DNA of 47,802 nt, from assembly GCA_032718475.1 (NCBI GenBank), contig JAUCBJ010006439.1, forward strand, positions 1 through 47,802. The letters are read 5' to 3'. Shown piece by piece: positions 35,130 to 47,802 of the stretch. A model generated the notes under the pieces. The model worked only from the letters and a program-made list of their open reading frames with translations. It ran no database searches and had not been told where the DNA came from. This DNA comes from Nemertoderma westbladi. Lineage: Eukaryota > Animalia > Xenacoelomorpha. Made by a program: the position numbers and the translations under genes. How positions within the stretch are numbered: the stretch's first letter is position 1; every line of letters begins with the position of its first letter.

Positions 35130-38100
35130 GACTAGAACTAACCCCGGCTAGAACTAGTTTGCCAGCCCCTCCCCTCGCAGACTAACCCCGGCTAGAACTA
35201 GTTTGCCAGCCCCTCCCCTCGCAGACTAACCCCGACTAGAACTGGTTTGCCAGCCCCTCCCCACGCTGCAGACTAACCCCGGCTAGAACTAGTTTGCCAG
35301 CCCCTCCCCACGCAGAGTAACCTCGACTAGAACTAGTTTGCCAGCCCCTCCCCACGCCGCAGACTAACCCCGGCTAGAACTAGTTTGCCAGCCCCTCCCC
35401 ACGCAGACTAACCCCGACTAGAACTGGTTTGCCAGCCCCTCCCCACGCAGACTAACCCCGACTAGAGCTGGTTTGCCAGCCCCTCCCCACGCTGCAGACT
35501 AACCCCGGCTAGAACTAGTTTGCCAGCCCCTCCCCACGCCGCAGACTAACCCCGACTAGAACTGGTTTGCCAGCCCCTCCTCCCCACGCAGACTAACCCC
35601 GACTAGAACTGGTTTGCCAGCCCCTCCCCACGCAGACTAACCCCAACTAGAGCTGGTTTGCCAGCCCACCCCACGGCGCAGACTAACCCCGACTAGAACT
35701 GGTTTGCCAGCCCCTCCCCACGCAGACTAACCCCGACTATAACTGGTTAGCCAGCCCCTCCCCTCCCCACGCCGCAGACTAACCTGGACTAGAACTGGTT
35801 TGCCAGCCCCTCCTCCCCACCCAGACTTACCCGACTAGAACTGGTTTGACAACCCCTCCCCACGCAGACTAACCCCGACTAGAACTGGTTTGCCAGTCCC
35901 TCGCCACGCAGACTAACCCCGACTAGAACTGGTTTGCCAACCCCTCCCCACGCAGACTAACCCCGACTAGAACTGGTTTGCCAGCCCCTCCCCACGCAGA
36001 CTAACCCCGACTAGAACTGGTTTGCCAACCCCTCCCCGGGCAGACTAACCCCGACTAGAACTGGTTTGACAACCCCTCCCCACGCAGACTAACCCCGACT
36101 AGAACTGGTTTGCCAGTCCCTCGCCACGCAGACTAACCCCGACTAGAACTGGTTTGCCAACCCCTCCCCACGCAGACTAACCCCGACTAGAACTGGTTTG
36201 CCAGCCCCTCCCCACGCAGACTAACCCCGACTAGAACTGGTTTGCCAACCCCTCCCCACGCAGAGTAACCCCGACTAGAACTGGTTTGCCAGCCCCTTCC
36301 CACGCAGACTAACCCCGACTAGAACTGGTTTGCCAACCCCTCCCCACGCAGAGTAACTCCGACTAGAACTAGTTTGTCAGCCCCTCCCCACGCCGCAGAC
36401 TAACCCCGACTAGAACTGGTTTGCCAACCCCTCCCCACGCAGAGTAACCTCGACTAGAACTGGTTTGCCAACCCCTCCCCACGCAGACTAACCCCGACTA
36501 GAACTGGTTTGCCAACCCCTCCCCACGCCGCAGACTATCCCCGACTAGAACTAGTTTGCCAGCCCCTCCCCACGCCGCAGACTAACCCCGGCTAGAACTA
36601 GTTTGCCAGCCCCTCCCCACGCAGACTAACCCCGACTAGAACTGGTTTGCCAGCCCCTCCCCACGCAGACTAACCCCGACTAGAGCTGGTTTGCCAGCCC
36701 CTCCCCACGCTGCAGACTAACCCCGGCTAGAACTAGTTTGCCAGCCCCTCCCCACGCCGCAGACTAACCCCGACTAGAACTGGTTTGCCAGCCCCTCCTC
36801 CCCACGCAGACTAACCCCGACTAGAACTGGTTTGCCAGCCCCTCCCCACGCAGACTAACCCCAACTAGAGCTGGTTTGCCAGCCCCACCCCACGGCGCAG
36901 ACTAACCCCGACTAGAACTGGTTTGCCAGCCCCTCCCCACGCAGACTAACCCCGACTATAACTGGTTAGCCAGCCCCTCCCCTCCCCACGCCGCAGACTA
37001 ACCTGGACTAGAACTGGTTTGCCAGCCCCTCCTCCCCACCCAGACTTACCCGACTAGAACTGGTTTGACAACCCCTCCCCACGCAGACTAACCCCGACTA
37101 GAACTGGTTTGCCAGTCCCTCGCCACGCAGACTAACCCCGACTAGAACTGGTTTGCCAACCCCTCCCCACGCAGACTAACCCCGACTAGAACTGGTTTGC
37201 CAGCCCCTCCCCACGCAGACTAACCCCGACTAGAACTGGTTTGCCAACCCCTCCCCGGGCAGACTAACCCCGACTAGAACTGGTTTGACAACCCCTCCCC
37301 ACGCAGACTAACCCCGACTAGAACTGGTTTGCCAGTCCCTCGCCACGCAGACTAACCCCGACTAGAACTGGTTTGCCAACCCCTCCCCACGCAGACTAAC
37401 CCCGACTAGAACTGGTTTGCCAGCCCCTCCCCACGCAGACTAACCCCGACTAGAACTGGTTTGCCAACCCCTCCCCACGCAGAGTAACCCCGACTAGAAC
37501 TGGTTTGCCAGCCCCTTCCCACGCAGACTAACCCCGACTAGAACTGGTTTGCCAACCCCTCCCCACGCAGAGTAACTCCGACTAGAACTAGTTTGTCAGC
37601 CCCTCCCCACGCCGCAGACTAACCCCGACTAGAACTGGTTTGCCAACCCCTCCCCACGCAGAGTAACCTCGACTAGAACTGGTTTGCCAACCCCTCCCCA
37701 CGCAGACTAACCCCGACTAGAACTGGTTTGCCAACCCCTCCCCACGCCGCAGACTATCCCCGACTAGAACTAGTTTGCCAACCCCTCCCCACGCCGCAGA
37801 CTAACCCCGACTAGAACTGGTTTGCCAACCCCTCCCCACGCAGACTAACCCCGAATAGAACTGGTTTGCCAGCCCCTCCCCACGCAGACTAACCCCGACT
37901 AGAACTGGTTTACCAACCCCTCCCCGGGCAGACTAACCCCGACTAGAACTGGTTTGCCAACCCCTCCCCACGCCGCAGACTATCCCCGACTAGAACTAGT
38001 TTGCCAACCCCTCCTCACGCCGCAGACTAACCCCGACTAGAACTGGTTTGCCAGCCCCTCCCCACGCCGCAGACTATCCCCGACTAGAACTGGTTTGCCA

Positions 38101-41100
38101 ACCCCTCCCCACGCCGCAGACTAACCCCGACTAGAACTGGTTTGCCAACCCCTCCCCACGCAGACTAACCCCGACTAGAACTGGTTTGCCAGCCCCTCCC
38201 CACGCAGACTAACCCCGACTAGAACTGGTTTGCCAACCCCTCCCCACGCCGCAGACTAACCCCGACTAGAACTGGTTTGCCAGCCCCTCCCCACGCAGAC
38301 TAACCCCGACTAGAACTGGTTTGCCAACCCCTCCCCACGCCGCAGACTAACCCCGACTAGAACTGGTTTGCCAGCCCCTCCCCACGCAGACTAACCCTGA
38401 CTAGAACTGGTTTGCCAACCCCTCCCCACGTAGACTAATCCCGACTAGAACTGGTTTGCCAACCCCTCCCCACGCAGACTAACCCCGACTAGAACTGGTT
38501 TGCCAGTCCCTTCCCACGCAGACTAACCCCGACAAGAACTGGTTTGCCAGTCCCTCCCCACGCAGACTAACCCCGACTAGAACTGGTTTGCCAACCCCTC
38601 CCCGGGCAGACTAACCCCGACTAGAACTGGTTTGCCAACCCCTCCCCCCGCAGACTAACCCCGACTAGAACTGGTTTGCCAACCCCTCCCCACGCAGACT
38701 AACCCCGACTAGAACTGGTTTGCCAGCCCCTCCCGACGCAGACTAAACCCGACTAGAACTGGTTTGCCAAACCCTCCCCACGCAAACTAACCCCGACTAG
38801 AACTGGTTTGCCAACCCCTCCCCACGCAGACTAACCCAGACTAGGGTTTGCCAGCCCCTCCCCACGCAGACTAACCCCGACTAGAACTGGTTTGCCAACC
38901 CCTCCCCACACAGACTAACCCCGACTAGAACTGGGTTGCCAGCCCTCCCCACGCCGTAGACTAACCCCGACTAGAACTGGTTTGCCAACCCCACCCCACG
39001 CAGACTAACCCCGACTAGAACTGGTTTGCCAACCCCTCCCCACGCAGACTAACCCAGACTAGAACTGGTTTGCCAGTCCCTCCCCACGCAGACTAACCCC
39101 GACTAGAACTGGTTTGCCAGCCCCTCCCCACGCAGACTAACCCCGACTAGAGCTGGTTTGCCAGCCCCACCCCACGCCGCAGACTAACCCCGACTAGAAC
39201 TGGTTTGCCAACCCCGAACTGGTTTGCCAGCCCCTCCCCACGCAGACTAACCCCGACTATAACTGGTTAGCCAGCCCCTCCCCTCCCCACGCCGCAGACT
39301 AACCCCGACTAGAACTAGTTTGCCAATCCCTCCCCACGCAGACTAACCCGGACTAGAACTGGTTTGCCAGCCCCTCCCCACCCAGACTTACCCGAATAGA
39401 ACTGGTTTGACAACCCCTCCCCACGCAGACTAACCCCGACTAGAACTGGTTTGCCAGTCCCTCGCCACGCAGACTAACCCCGACTAGAACTGGTTTGCCA
39501 ACCCCTCCCCACGCAGACTAACCCCGACTAGAACTGGTTTGCCAGCCCCTCCCCACGCAGACTAACCCCGACTAGAACTGGTTTACCAACCCCTCCCCGG
39601 GCAGACTAACCCCGACTAGAACTGGTTTGCCAGCCCCTCCCCACGCAGACTAACCCCGACTAGAACTGGATTGCCAGCCCCTCCCCACGCAGACTAACCT
39701 CGACTAGAACTGGTTTGCCAACCCCTCCCCACGCAGAGTAACCCCGACTAGAACTGGTTTGCCAGCCCCTCCCCTCGCAGACTAACCCCGACTAGAACTG
39801 GTTTGCCAACCCCTCCCCACGCCGCAGACTAACCCCGACTAGAACTGGTTTGCCAACCCCTCCCCACGCAGACTAACCCCGACTAGAACTGGTTTGCCAA
39901 CCCCTCCCCACGCCGCAGACTAACCCCGACTAGAACTGGTTTGCCAACCCCTTCCCACGCAGACTAACCCCGACTAGAACTGGTTTGCCAACCCCTCCCC
40001 ACGCCGCAGACTATCCCCGACTAGAACTGGTTTGCCAACCCCTCCCCACGCCGCAGACAAACCCCGACTAGAACTAGTTTGCCAGCCCCTCCCCACGCCG
40101 CAGACTAACCCCGACTAGAACTGGTTTGCCAATCCCTCCCCACGCAGACTAACCCGGACTAGAACTGGTTTGCCAGCCCCTCCCCACCCAGACTTACCCG
40201 ACTAGAACTGGTTTGACAACCCCTACCCACGCAGACTAACCCCGACTAGAACTGGTTTGCCAGTCCCTCCCCACGCAGACTACCCCGACTAGAACTGGTT
40301 TGTCAACCCCTCCCCACGCAGACTAACCCCGACTAGAACTGGTTTGCCAACCCCTCCCCACGCAGACTAACCCCGACTAGAACTGGTTTGCCAGCCCTCC
40401 CCACGCCGCAGACTAACCCCGACTAGAACTGGTTTGCCACCCACTCCCCACGCAGACTAACCCCGACTAGAACTGGTTTGCAAACCCCTCCCCGGGCAGA
40501 CTAACCCCGACTAGAACTGGTTTGCCAACCCCTCCCCACGCAGACTAACCCCGACTAGAACTGGTTTGCCAGCCCCTCCCCACGCAGACTAACCCCGACT
40601 AGAACTGGTTTGCCAACCCCTCCCCACGCAGACTAACCCCGACTAGAACTGGTTTGCCAACCCCTCCCCACGCAGACTAACCCCGACTAGAACTGGTTTG
40701 CCAGCCCTCCCCACGCCGCAGACTAACCCCGACTAGAACTGGTTTGCCACCCCCTCCCCACGCAGACTAACCCCGACTAGAACTGGTTTGCAAACCCCTC
40801 CCCGGGCAGACTAACCCCGACTAGAACTGGTTTGCCAGCCCCTCCGCACGCAGACTAACCGACTAGAACTGGTTTGCCAGCCCCTCCGCACGCAGACTAA
40901 CCCCGACTAGAACTGGTTTGCCAACCCCTCGCCACGCAAACTAACCCCAACTAGAACTGGTTTGCCAGTCCCTCCCCACGCAGACTAACCCCGACTAGAA
41001 CTGGTTTGCCAACCCCTCCCCACGCAGACTAACCCCAACTAGAACTGGTTGCCAGCCCCTCCCCACGCCGCAGACAAAACCCGACTAGAACTAGTTTGCC

Positions 41101-43540
41101 AGCCCCTCCGCACGCAGACTAACCCCGACTAGAACTGGTTTGCCAACCCCTCGCCACGCAAACTAACCCCAACTAGAACTGGTTTGCCAGTCCCTCCCCA
41201 CGCAGACTAACCCCAACTAGAACTGGTTGCCAGCCCCTCCCCACGCCGCAGACTAAACCCGACTAGAACTGGTTTGCCAGCCCCTCCCCACGCAGACTAA
41301 CCCCGACTAGAACTAGTTTGCCAGTCCCTCCCCACGCAGACTAACCCCGACTAGAACTGGTTTGCCAATCCCTCCCCACGCAGACTAACCCCGACTAGAA
41401 CTGGTTTGCCAACCCCTCCCCACGCAGACTAACCCCGACTAGAACTGGTTTGCCAGCCCTCCCCACGCCGCAGACTAACCCCGACTAGAACTGGTTTGCC
41501 ACCCCCTCCCCACGCAGACTAACCCCGACTAGAACTGGTTTGCAAACCCCTCCCCGGGCAGACTAACCCCGACTAGAACTGGTTTGCCAGTCCCTTCCCA
41601 CGCAGACTAACCCCGACTAGAACTGGTTTGCCAGCCCCTCCGCACGCAGACTAACCCCGACTAGAACTGGTTTGCCAACCCCTCGCCACGCAAACTAACC
41701 CCAACTAGAACTGGTTTGCCAGTCCCTCCCCACGCAGACTAACCCCGACTAGAACTGGTTTGCCAACCCCTCCCCACGCAGACTAACCCCAACTAGAACT
41801 GGTTGCCAGCCCCTCCCCACGCCGCAGACAAAACCCGACTAGAACTGGTTTGCCAGCCCCTCCCCACGCAGACTAACCCCGACTAGAACTAGTTTGCCAG
41901 TCCCTCCTCACGCAGACTAACCCCGACTAGAACTGGTTTGCCAATCCCTCCCCACGCAGACTAACCCCAACTAGAACTGGTTGCCAGCCCCTCCCCACGC
42001 CGCAGACTAACCCCGACTAGAACTGGTTTGCCAGCCCCTCCCCACGCCGCAGACTAAACCCGACTAGAACTGGTTTGCAAACCCCTCCCCGGGCAGACTA
42101 ACCCCGACTAGAACTGGTTTGCCAGTCCCTTCCCACGCAGACTAACCCCGACTAGAACTGGTTTGCCAGCCCCTCCGCACGCAGACTAACCCCGACTAGA
42201 ACTGGTTTGCCAACCCCTCGCCACGCAAACTAACCCCAACTAGAACTGGTTTGCCAGTCCCTCCCCACGCAGACTAACCCCGACTAGAACTGGTTTGCCA
42301 ACCCCTCCCCACGCAGACTAACCCCAACTAGAACTGGTTGCCAGCCCCTCCCCACGCCGCAGACTAAACCCGACTAGAACTGGTTTGCCAGCCCCTCCCC
42401 ACGCAGACCAACCCCGACTAGAACTAGTTTGCCAGCCCCTCCGCACGCAGACTAACCCCGACTAGAACTGGTTTGCCAACCCCTCGCCACGCAAACTAAC
42501 CCCAACTAGAACTGGTTTGCCAGTCCCTCCCCACGCAGACTAACCCCAACTAGAACTGGTTTCCAGCCCCTCCCCACGCCGCAGACTAAACCCGACTAGA
42601 ACTGGTTTGCCAGCCCCTCCCCACGCAGACTAACCCCGACTAGAACTAGTTTGCCAGTCCCTCCCCACGCAGACTAAACCCGACTAGAACTGGTTTGCCA
42701 ATCCCTCCCCACGCAGACTAACCCCAACTAGAACTGGTTGCCAGCCCCTCCCCACGCCGCAGACTAACCCCGACTAGAACTGGTTTGCCAGCCCCTCCCC
42801 ACGCCGCAGACTAAACCCGACTAGAACTGGTTTGCAAACCCCTCCCCGGGCAGACTAACCCCGACTAGAACTGGTTTGCCAGTCCCTTCCCACGCAGACT
42901 AACCCCGACTAGAACTGGTTTACCAACCCCTCCCCGGGCAGACTAACCCCGACTAGAACTGGTTTGCCAACCCCTCCCCACGCCGCAGACTAACCCCGAC
43001 TAGAACTAGTTTGCCAGTCCCTCCCCACGCAGACTAACCCCGACTAGAACTGGTTTGCCAATCCCTCCCCACGCAGACTAACCCCGACTAGAACTGGTTT
43101 GCCAATCCCTCCCCACGCAGACTAACCCCGACTAGAACTGGTTTGCCAACCCCTCCCCACGCCGCAGACTAACCCCGACTAGAACTAGTTTGCCAGTCCC
43201 TCCCCACGCAGACTAACCCCGACTAGAACTGGTTTGCCAATCCCTCCCCACGCAGACTAACCCCGACTAGAACTGGTTTGCCAATCCCTCCCCACGCAGA
43301 CTAACCCCGACTAGAACTGGTTTGCCAATCCCTCCCCACGCAGACTAACCCCGACTAGAACTGGTTTGCCAATCCCTCCCCACGCAGACTAACCCCGACT
43401 AGAACTGGTTTGCCAATCCCTCCCCACGCAGACTAACCCCGACTAGAACTGGTTTGCCAATCCCTCCCCACGCAGACTAACCCCAACTAGAACTGGTTGC
43501 CAGCCCCTCCCCACGCCGCAGACTAACCCCGACTAGAACC
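35130..43540. repeat. 44-bp (47-bp variants) C-rich/G-rich satellite, ~190 units
   Basis: Unit gcagactaaccccgactagaactggtttgccagcccctccccac, with higher-order duplications. No long ORF. Confidence 0.97.
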
Positions 43541-44504
43541 GGTACAAAATTTTCGAACATACCATTATTGTCCAATTTCAAAGGACATTTTTTTCAAAAT
43601 TAAGCTTTCGCTATGGGGTTTCCCTGGTCAGTGAATAAATTTTCGACGTCAGTTTTCACGATTGGCGGTCATTTTTCAAGCTATGTCTGTAGTATTTTTT
43701 ATATTTTGGAGACAGACCGAAAAGACAGACAAACCGACAGATGGAAAGATAGGACTAAAATCCATAAATAGTAGAAACTGATGCACCAGGAAAACCACAT
43801 AGCGAAAGTTTTAGTTAGATGAGATTTTATTAGTTAGTGGTGAGATTTTGTATATTGTATTTTCATTAACAGAACAAAATACAGACTGACCGACAAACAG
43901 ACAGAGATTCAAGCGGTTTTGGCTTATGATATGGCTTTAAAGTGTCTTATCTATAATCTACGGAAAATTATGATCTTAATCAACTAAAAAAAAATCTCAA
44001 ACATTTTATTTATTTTAAGATTTTAAGGGTTTCATCTTCCCTTGAGTACACTGTAATGTTTAAACCGCCTGCTACGCTAAATAAATCTACGATGAAACCG
44101 TCATTTCTGAATAAATGAAATACAGTACAGTGGAATCCTTTTTTAAACTTAGAACAACAACTTATTAAAACAACATTAGCTGCATATAGTTCATTCCCCA
44201 GAAATTAGATTCTTAAATTAATAGATTCTTTGTTCTCTGAGAAGAGAGCTTTCGAATGAGCCTAAAATGAACTTCGTACACGTAATTGGAGACATCCAAT
44301 TGGCACCACTGAGCACACAAATTTGCAGAAATTGAAGGTAAACCTCAAACTTCATCGCATTTACCGATATCGCGATAGGAGCCAGTTTCTTCTACCCCAG
44401 ATATCTCGAAAACTAAGTAAGATATGGGAAAAGAGTTTCCATATTTGGATTCAGCATGAAATTCTGCATCAGATAGGATATCCCCTAGCTTTACACTTCA
44501 ACGG

Positions 44505-44807
44505 AACCGCCTCCGCTTTGCAGGACATTGCTTTCCCCGTGAGGACCAGCCAGTGTATAATTTTGTGAATTGGCGGCATCTTGGAGTGAATAAGCATGGT
44601 GGACAGCCAATGACTTTCTTGAGACGCATCTTAAAGGACACTGGCCTTGAAGATGGGGATGATCTAGCAAATGTCATGGGTGGTAGGGAGTTGTGGCGGC
44701 ACAATTTTGTCGACAAGCCGCCACAGTACTCTTTTTATATATGTAATATATAATGCACATATAAAACATACATAATATATATAATGCCGATCGTAGTAGT
44801 AGTAGTA
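44505..44807 (+). mobile_element. Older 3' fragment of the same RTE family
   Basis: Matches the reverse complement of 5084-5357 with more substitutions, an AT-rich replacement in the 3' UTR and a (TAG)n tail. Confidence 0.88.
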
Positions 44808-44809
44808 TT

Positions 44810-46765
44810 CAGGGCATGGCAGTTGTAGGCTTATATGCGAAATAGTTTATTCCACAATATTTTAGTCTGTTTATTTTTTAATTGAATTTCTGCAAAGTAG
44901 TAAAAGTAGTATAAGATCTTTAGCTATATTTTTTCGCTGCAACTTTAAGAGGGTATGGTAGATTAATTTAGGCTAGCTAGCAATAGCAAGTCAGGTAATA
45001 GCGAAATATATGAAATATTTGAAATCGCGATTTTGACCATGAAGAATTCATTTTATACTAGGGATATGCAAATGATTTTGGAAATTTGAAATGATTTTTT
45101 TGCATGTCGTTTGGGCCCTTATAATTCCCGAACCGTGGGTCCAAATAAAAATCTGATTTCAGATTCGGGATCAGCACACTCAAGTTACCTGATAAAAATG
45201 TTTTTTTTTAATTTTCATTAAGGTTTGGTATTTTTCAAAAAATTAAAACAATTTCAATTACTATTCTAGAACTTTAACGACCTATAAAACCAGTCCGGTT
45301 TGACGAAATGTAAAACTGAATTGATATTCGGCGTCAGCGACCTCCAATTTACTAAATAGAGTTAGTTATATACAAAACACTAAATTAGTGTTTAAAAAAA
45401 ATTTTTTAATTTTATAAATATTCTAGAATATTCTAGATTTTCTTTTTCTCACTAATATTTTTAAAATTGAGTTAATTAATCAAACTTTTTTTTCACTAAA
45501 TTCCAGAAAAGTCTTTCGTTATCTAATTTTTTACATTTTTTACAATTTTTTTTACTGTTTTAACTAATTTTTACTTTTTTTTTAATGAACTATATTTAAT
45601 GAACTATTTACTACACAATATTATCAAATTGATACATACTATACTTTCATTTAATTGAGTAAGTTCCTGGTAAATAATGATTATATAATGTAGACCGGGG
45701 CTTGTCGTTGTCGGGTAGCTTACTGTACAGCTAGTTCTTTACATATGTATTTATTTGAGACTTGATTTATTTTAACACTCGCTTCGCTCGTGCTAAAAAC
45801 CTGCCAACTCTTGAAAAACTCAACCACTCGGACAGAATAGTTAAATTTCGCTAAATTGAAAATGGGTGAAAAAAAAGCGGTGTTGACCGCTTACTTTTTA
45901 TTATCGAATAATAGTCCTTTCAAATTTATTTTTTTGCACTAGCTAAAAAAAGTACATCTAACACAAAATCAAAATTATTAGTTACCATCCTACTGTCAGA
46001 AGGTCAAATATTTGTTACAGAATAAAAACCTCATGATATAAGCCTATTTCATATGAAAAAATTGGTTAAAATATATGAAATATGTACTAACATGAACATG
46101 AATGTGTTTCATGAAACAACGTGAAACAACGCGATTTCAAATGTGAAATATGAAACATTTGAAATATTTCACTCACTCGCTTCGCTCGTTCGTGTAAATA
46201 TTAACACTCGGGACCGGCGTGAGATAAAGTCCTACATTATACACAATATAATAAATAGTTATTAAACATTTTAAATATCTACTACCGTATTACTCGCTCG
46301 TAAAAATTTCACTAGCTCAATAAAAAAAATCGCTACAATAACGAATAATGTTCTAAAACACAAAAATATTTTTATTAGACAGTAGATAATATCAGATTGT
46401 TTACATGTACTAGAACATAATAAAATGACATAAAACCCAATAAGAAGACATAAAAACTCTCACAAATTTGCTGTATATACATATTATACTAATATCGAAA
46501 AATTTGTTGCAAAAACTAGCTAGTATAAACCACAAAAAATATGTGTTCTAGAACAAAGATTTATCTTAATCAATGGCTACATTGTTCTTGATCACATAAA
46601 ACAACAAAAATTTAAATATTGTATCGCTATGTCAGGTGAACGACAGATATAATAACATGGGAGCATGACAGGGCATGGCAGTTAGGCTTATATCCGAAAT
46701 CGTTTATTCCACAATATATATTTGTCTGGTTATTTTTTACTTGAATTTCTGCAAGTTGGTAAAAT
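44810..46765. repeat. Pair of diverged ~100-bp direct repeats at 44810-44905 and 46669-46765
   Basis: Both read cagggcatggcagtt..aggcttatat.cgaaat.gtttattccacaatat...ttgaatttctgcaa. Confidence 0.75.
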
Positions 46766-46968
46766 TAATGCTCTTAAAAATAATATTATTATTTCTAATA
46801 GTCCTTGGGAATTAGATACATTTTAAAATTTCGGAAAATAATATCTGTTCAACAGAGCCTCGTGCTGCACGAAGGCCCACGAACGTGTTGTATACTATAG
46901 TAGGGGCCCCGAGCCCCCATCTCTTGGCGATATTATATTTACAATGTGTTGTGTAAGACTATTAATTT

Positions 46969-47431
46969 AAGGGCTGAGCATAAATAGGTCCTATGTGAGA
47001 TTGTTTTACAATCAGAGTTATACTCATACAGAGGTCCTATAAAACCTAACTTAACTTACCAATAAGGTTCTGATATCATATGCACAATACTGCCTGATAT
47101 CCTGGAGTAAAAAAGTCCTATGTACAGTACAGTAAAACATAAACATAAACAAAAACAAAAAAGTCCTATGTACAGTACAGTAAAACATAAACATAAACAA
47201 AAACAAAAAAGGCCTTATGTACAATACTGCCTGATATATGCGTAACAATTTTGAAGTTTTTTAAAAAGTATTTTATGATAGTAAAGATTTTGAAGTACAT
47301 CTATGTATTTGCATGCAAAAATACAGAATGCCAACATCAACTGTAATGTATAGGTAAAAAAAAAGACGCAAAATTGTGATTACCTCAGAATGACACTTTT
47401 GTCACATGGGACCTTTTTATGCTCAGCCCTT
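46969..47431. mobile_element. MITE with ~30-bp TIRs and an internal ~50-bp tandem duplication
   Basis: AAGGGCTGAGCATAAATAGGTCCTATGTGA versus TCACATGGGACCTTTTTATGCTCAGCCCTT. No clear TSD. Confidence 0.75.
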
Positions 47432-47802
47432 TCAATTGATATCTACTGTACTAGGTAACTGATACTTCACTTATATTAGGTTTCTTTGTTTCGATTAATT
47501 TCCAAATTTTTTTTAATAAGTTGTGTTCGTGTTCTGGAATTTAGGTAACTAAATAACATATATACTACACCATGTCTTGGAATATAGTGTCGCAACTGGC
47601 GCTTCTTGACTAATAATGTAAATTTTCCAGAAAATCATACACATGTCAACTTTTAGATATTTTTGCAAGTTATTTTTTAATTCAGCAACCCTGCTTTAGC
47701 ATCCGGCATTCTACTCATTGTAGAATCCATTATTTGACTACATTTAGCTATCATAACATTTAGTTATCAATCAACAAGTCTTATCCAAAATCGCAATTTC
47801 CC

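Noticed and set aside
35130-43540. Telomeric or interstitial telomere repeat
   Set aside because: There is only one CTAACCC per 44-bp unit, with no tandem TTAGGG/TTAGG runs.
45680-46260. Element with repeated CACTCGCTTCGCTCG motifs and short inverted ends
   Set aside because: Probably a decayed non-autonomous DNA element, but boundaries and family cannot be supported from sequence alone.

Overview
AT-rich animal (invertebrate-like) genomic DNA; the species cannot be named from sequence alone. The backbone is a minus-strand spliced gene encoding a YLPM1/ZAP3-like protein. Six in-phase GT-AG exons at 21360-21144, 18869-18687, 8236-8060, 6952-6788, 780-609 and 311-181 encode the C-terminal P-loop domain; the gene runs off the left edge and its 5' exons are not securely located. 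The most unusual feature is that three consecutive introns of this gene each carry a tandem array built from splice signals. (1) A 73-bp unit copies the exon end plus the GTAAGT donor 14 times. (2) A 10,450-bp intron is exactly 289 x 36-bp units plus 46 nt, each unit reading GTAAGTAT...polypyrimidine...CA(G), like a chain of mini-introns. (3) A 45-bp unit copies the CAG acceptor plus the exon start 13 times, in frame. The giant ORFs in the ORF track are by-products of these arrays. Further right are an intronless gamma-glutamyl hydrolase gene (+), a nearly intronless Ig/FN3 transmembrane adhesion-type gene in two large pieces (-), an 8.4-kb 44-bp satellite, and many decayed transposons: RTE and CRE-like LINEs, a Mutator/Foldback-like element with an 8-bp TSD, MITEs and a possible piggyBac remnant.
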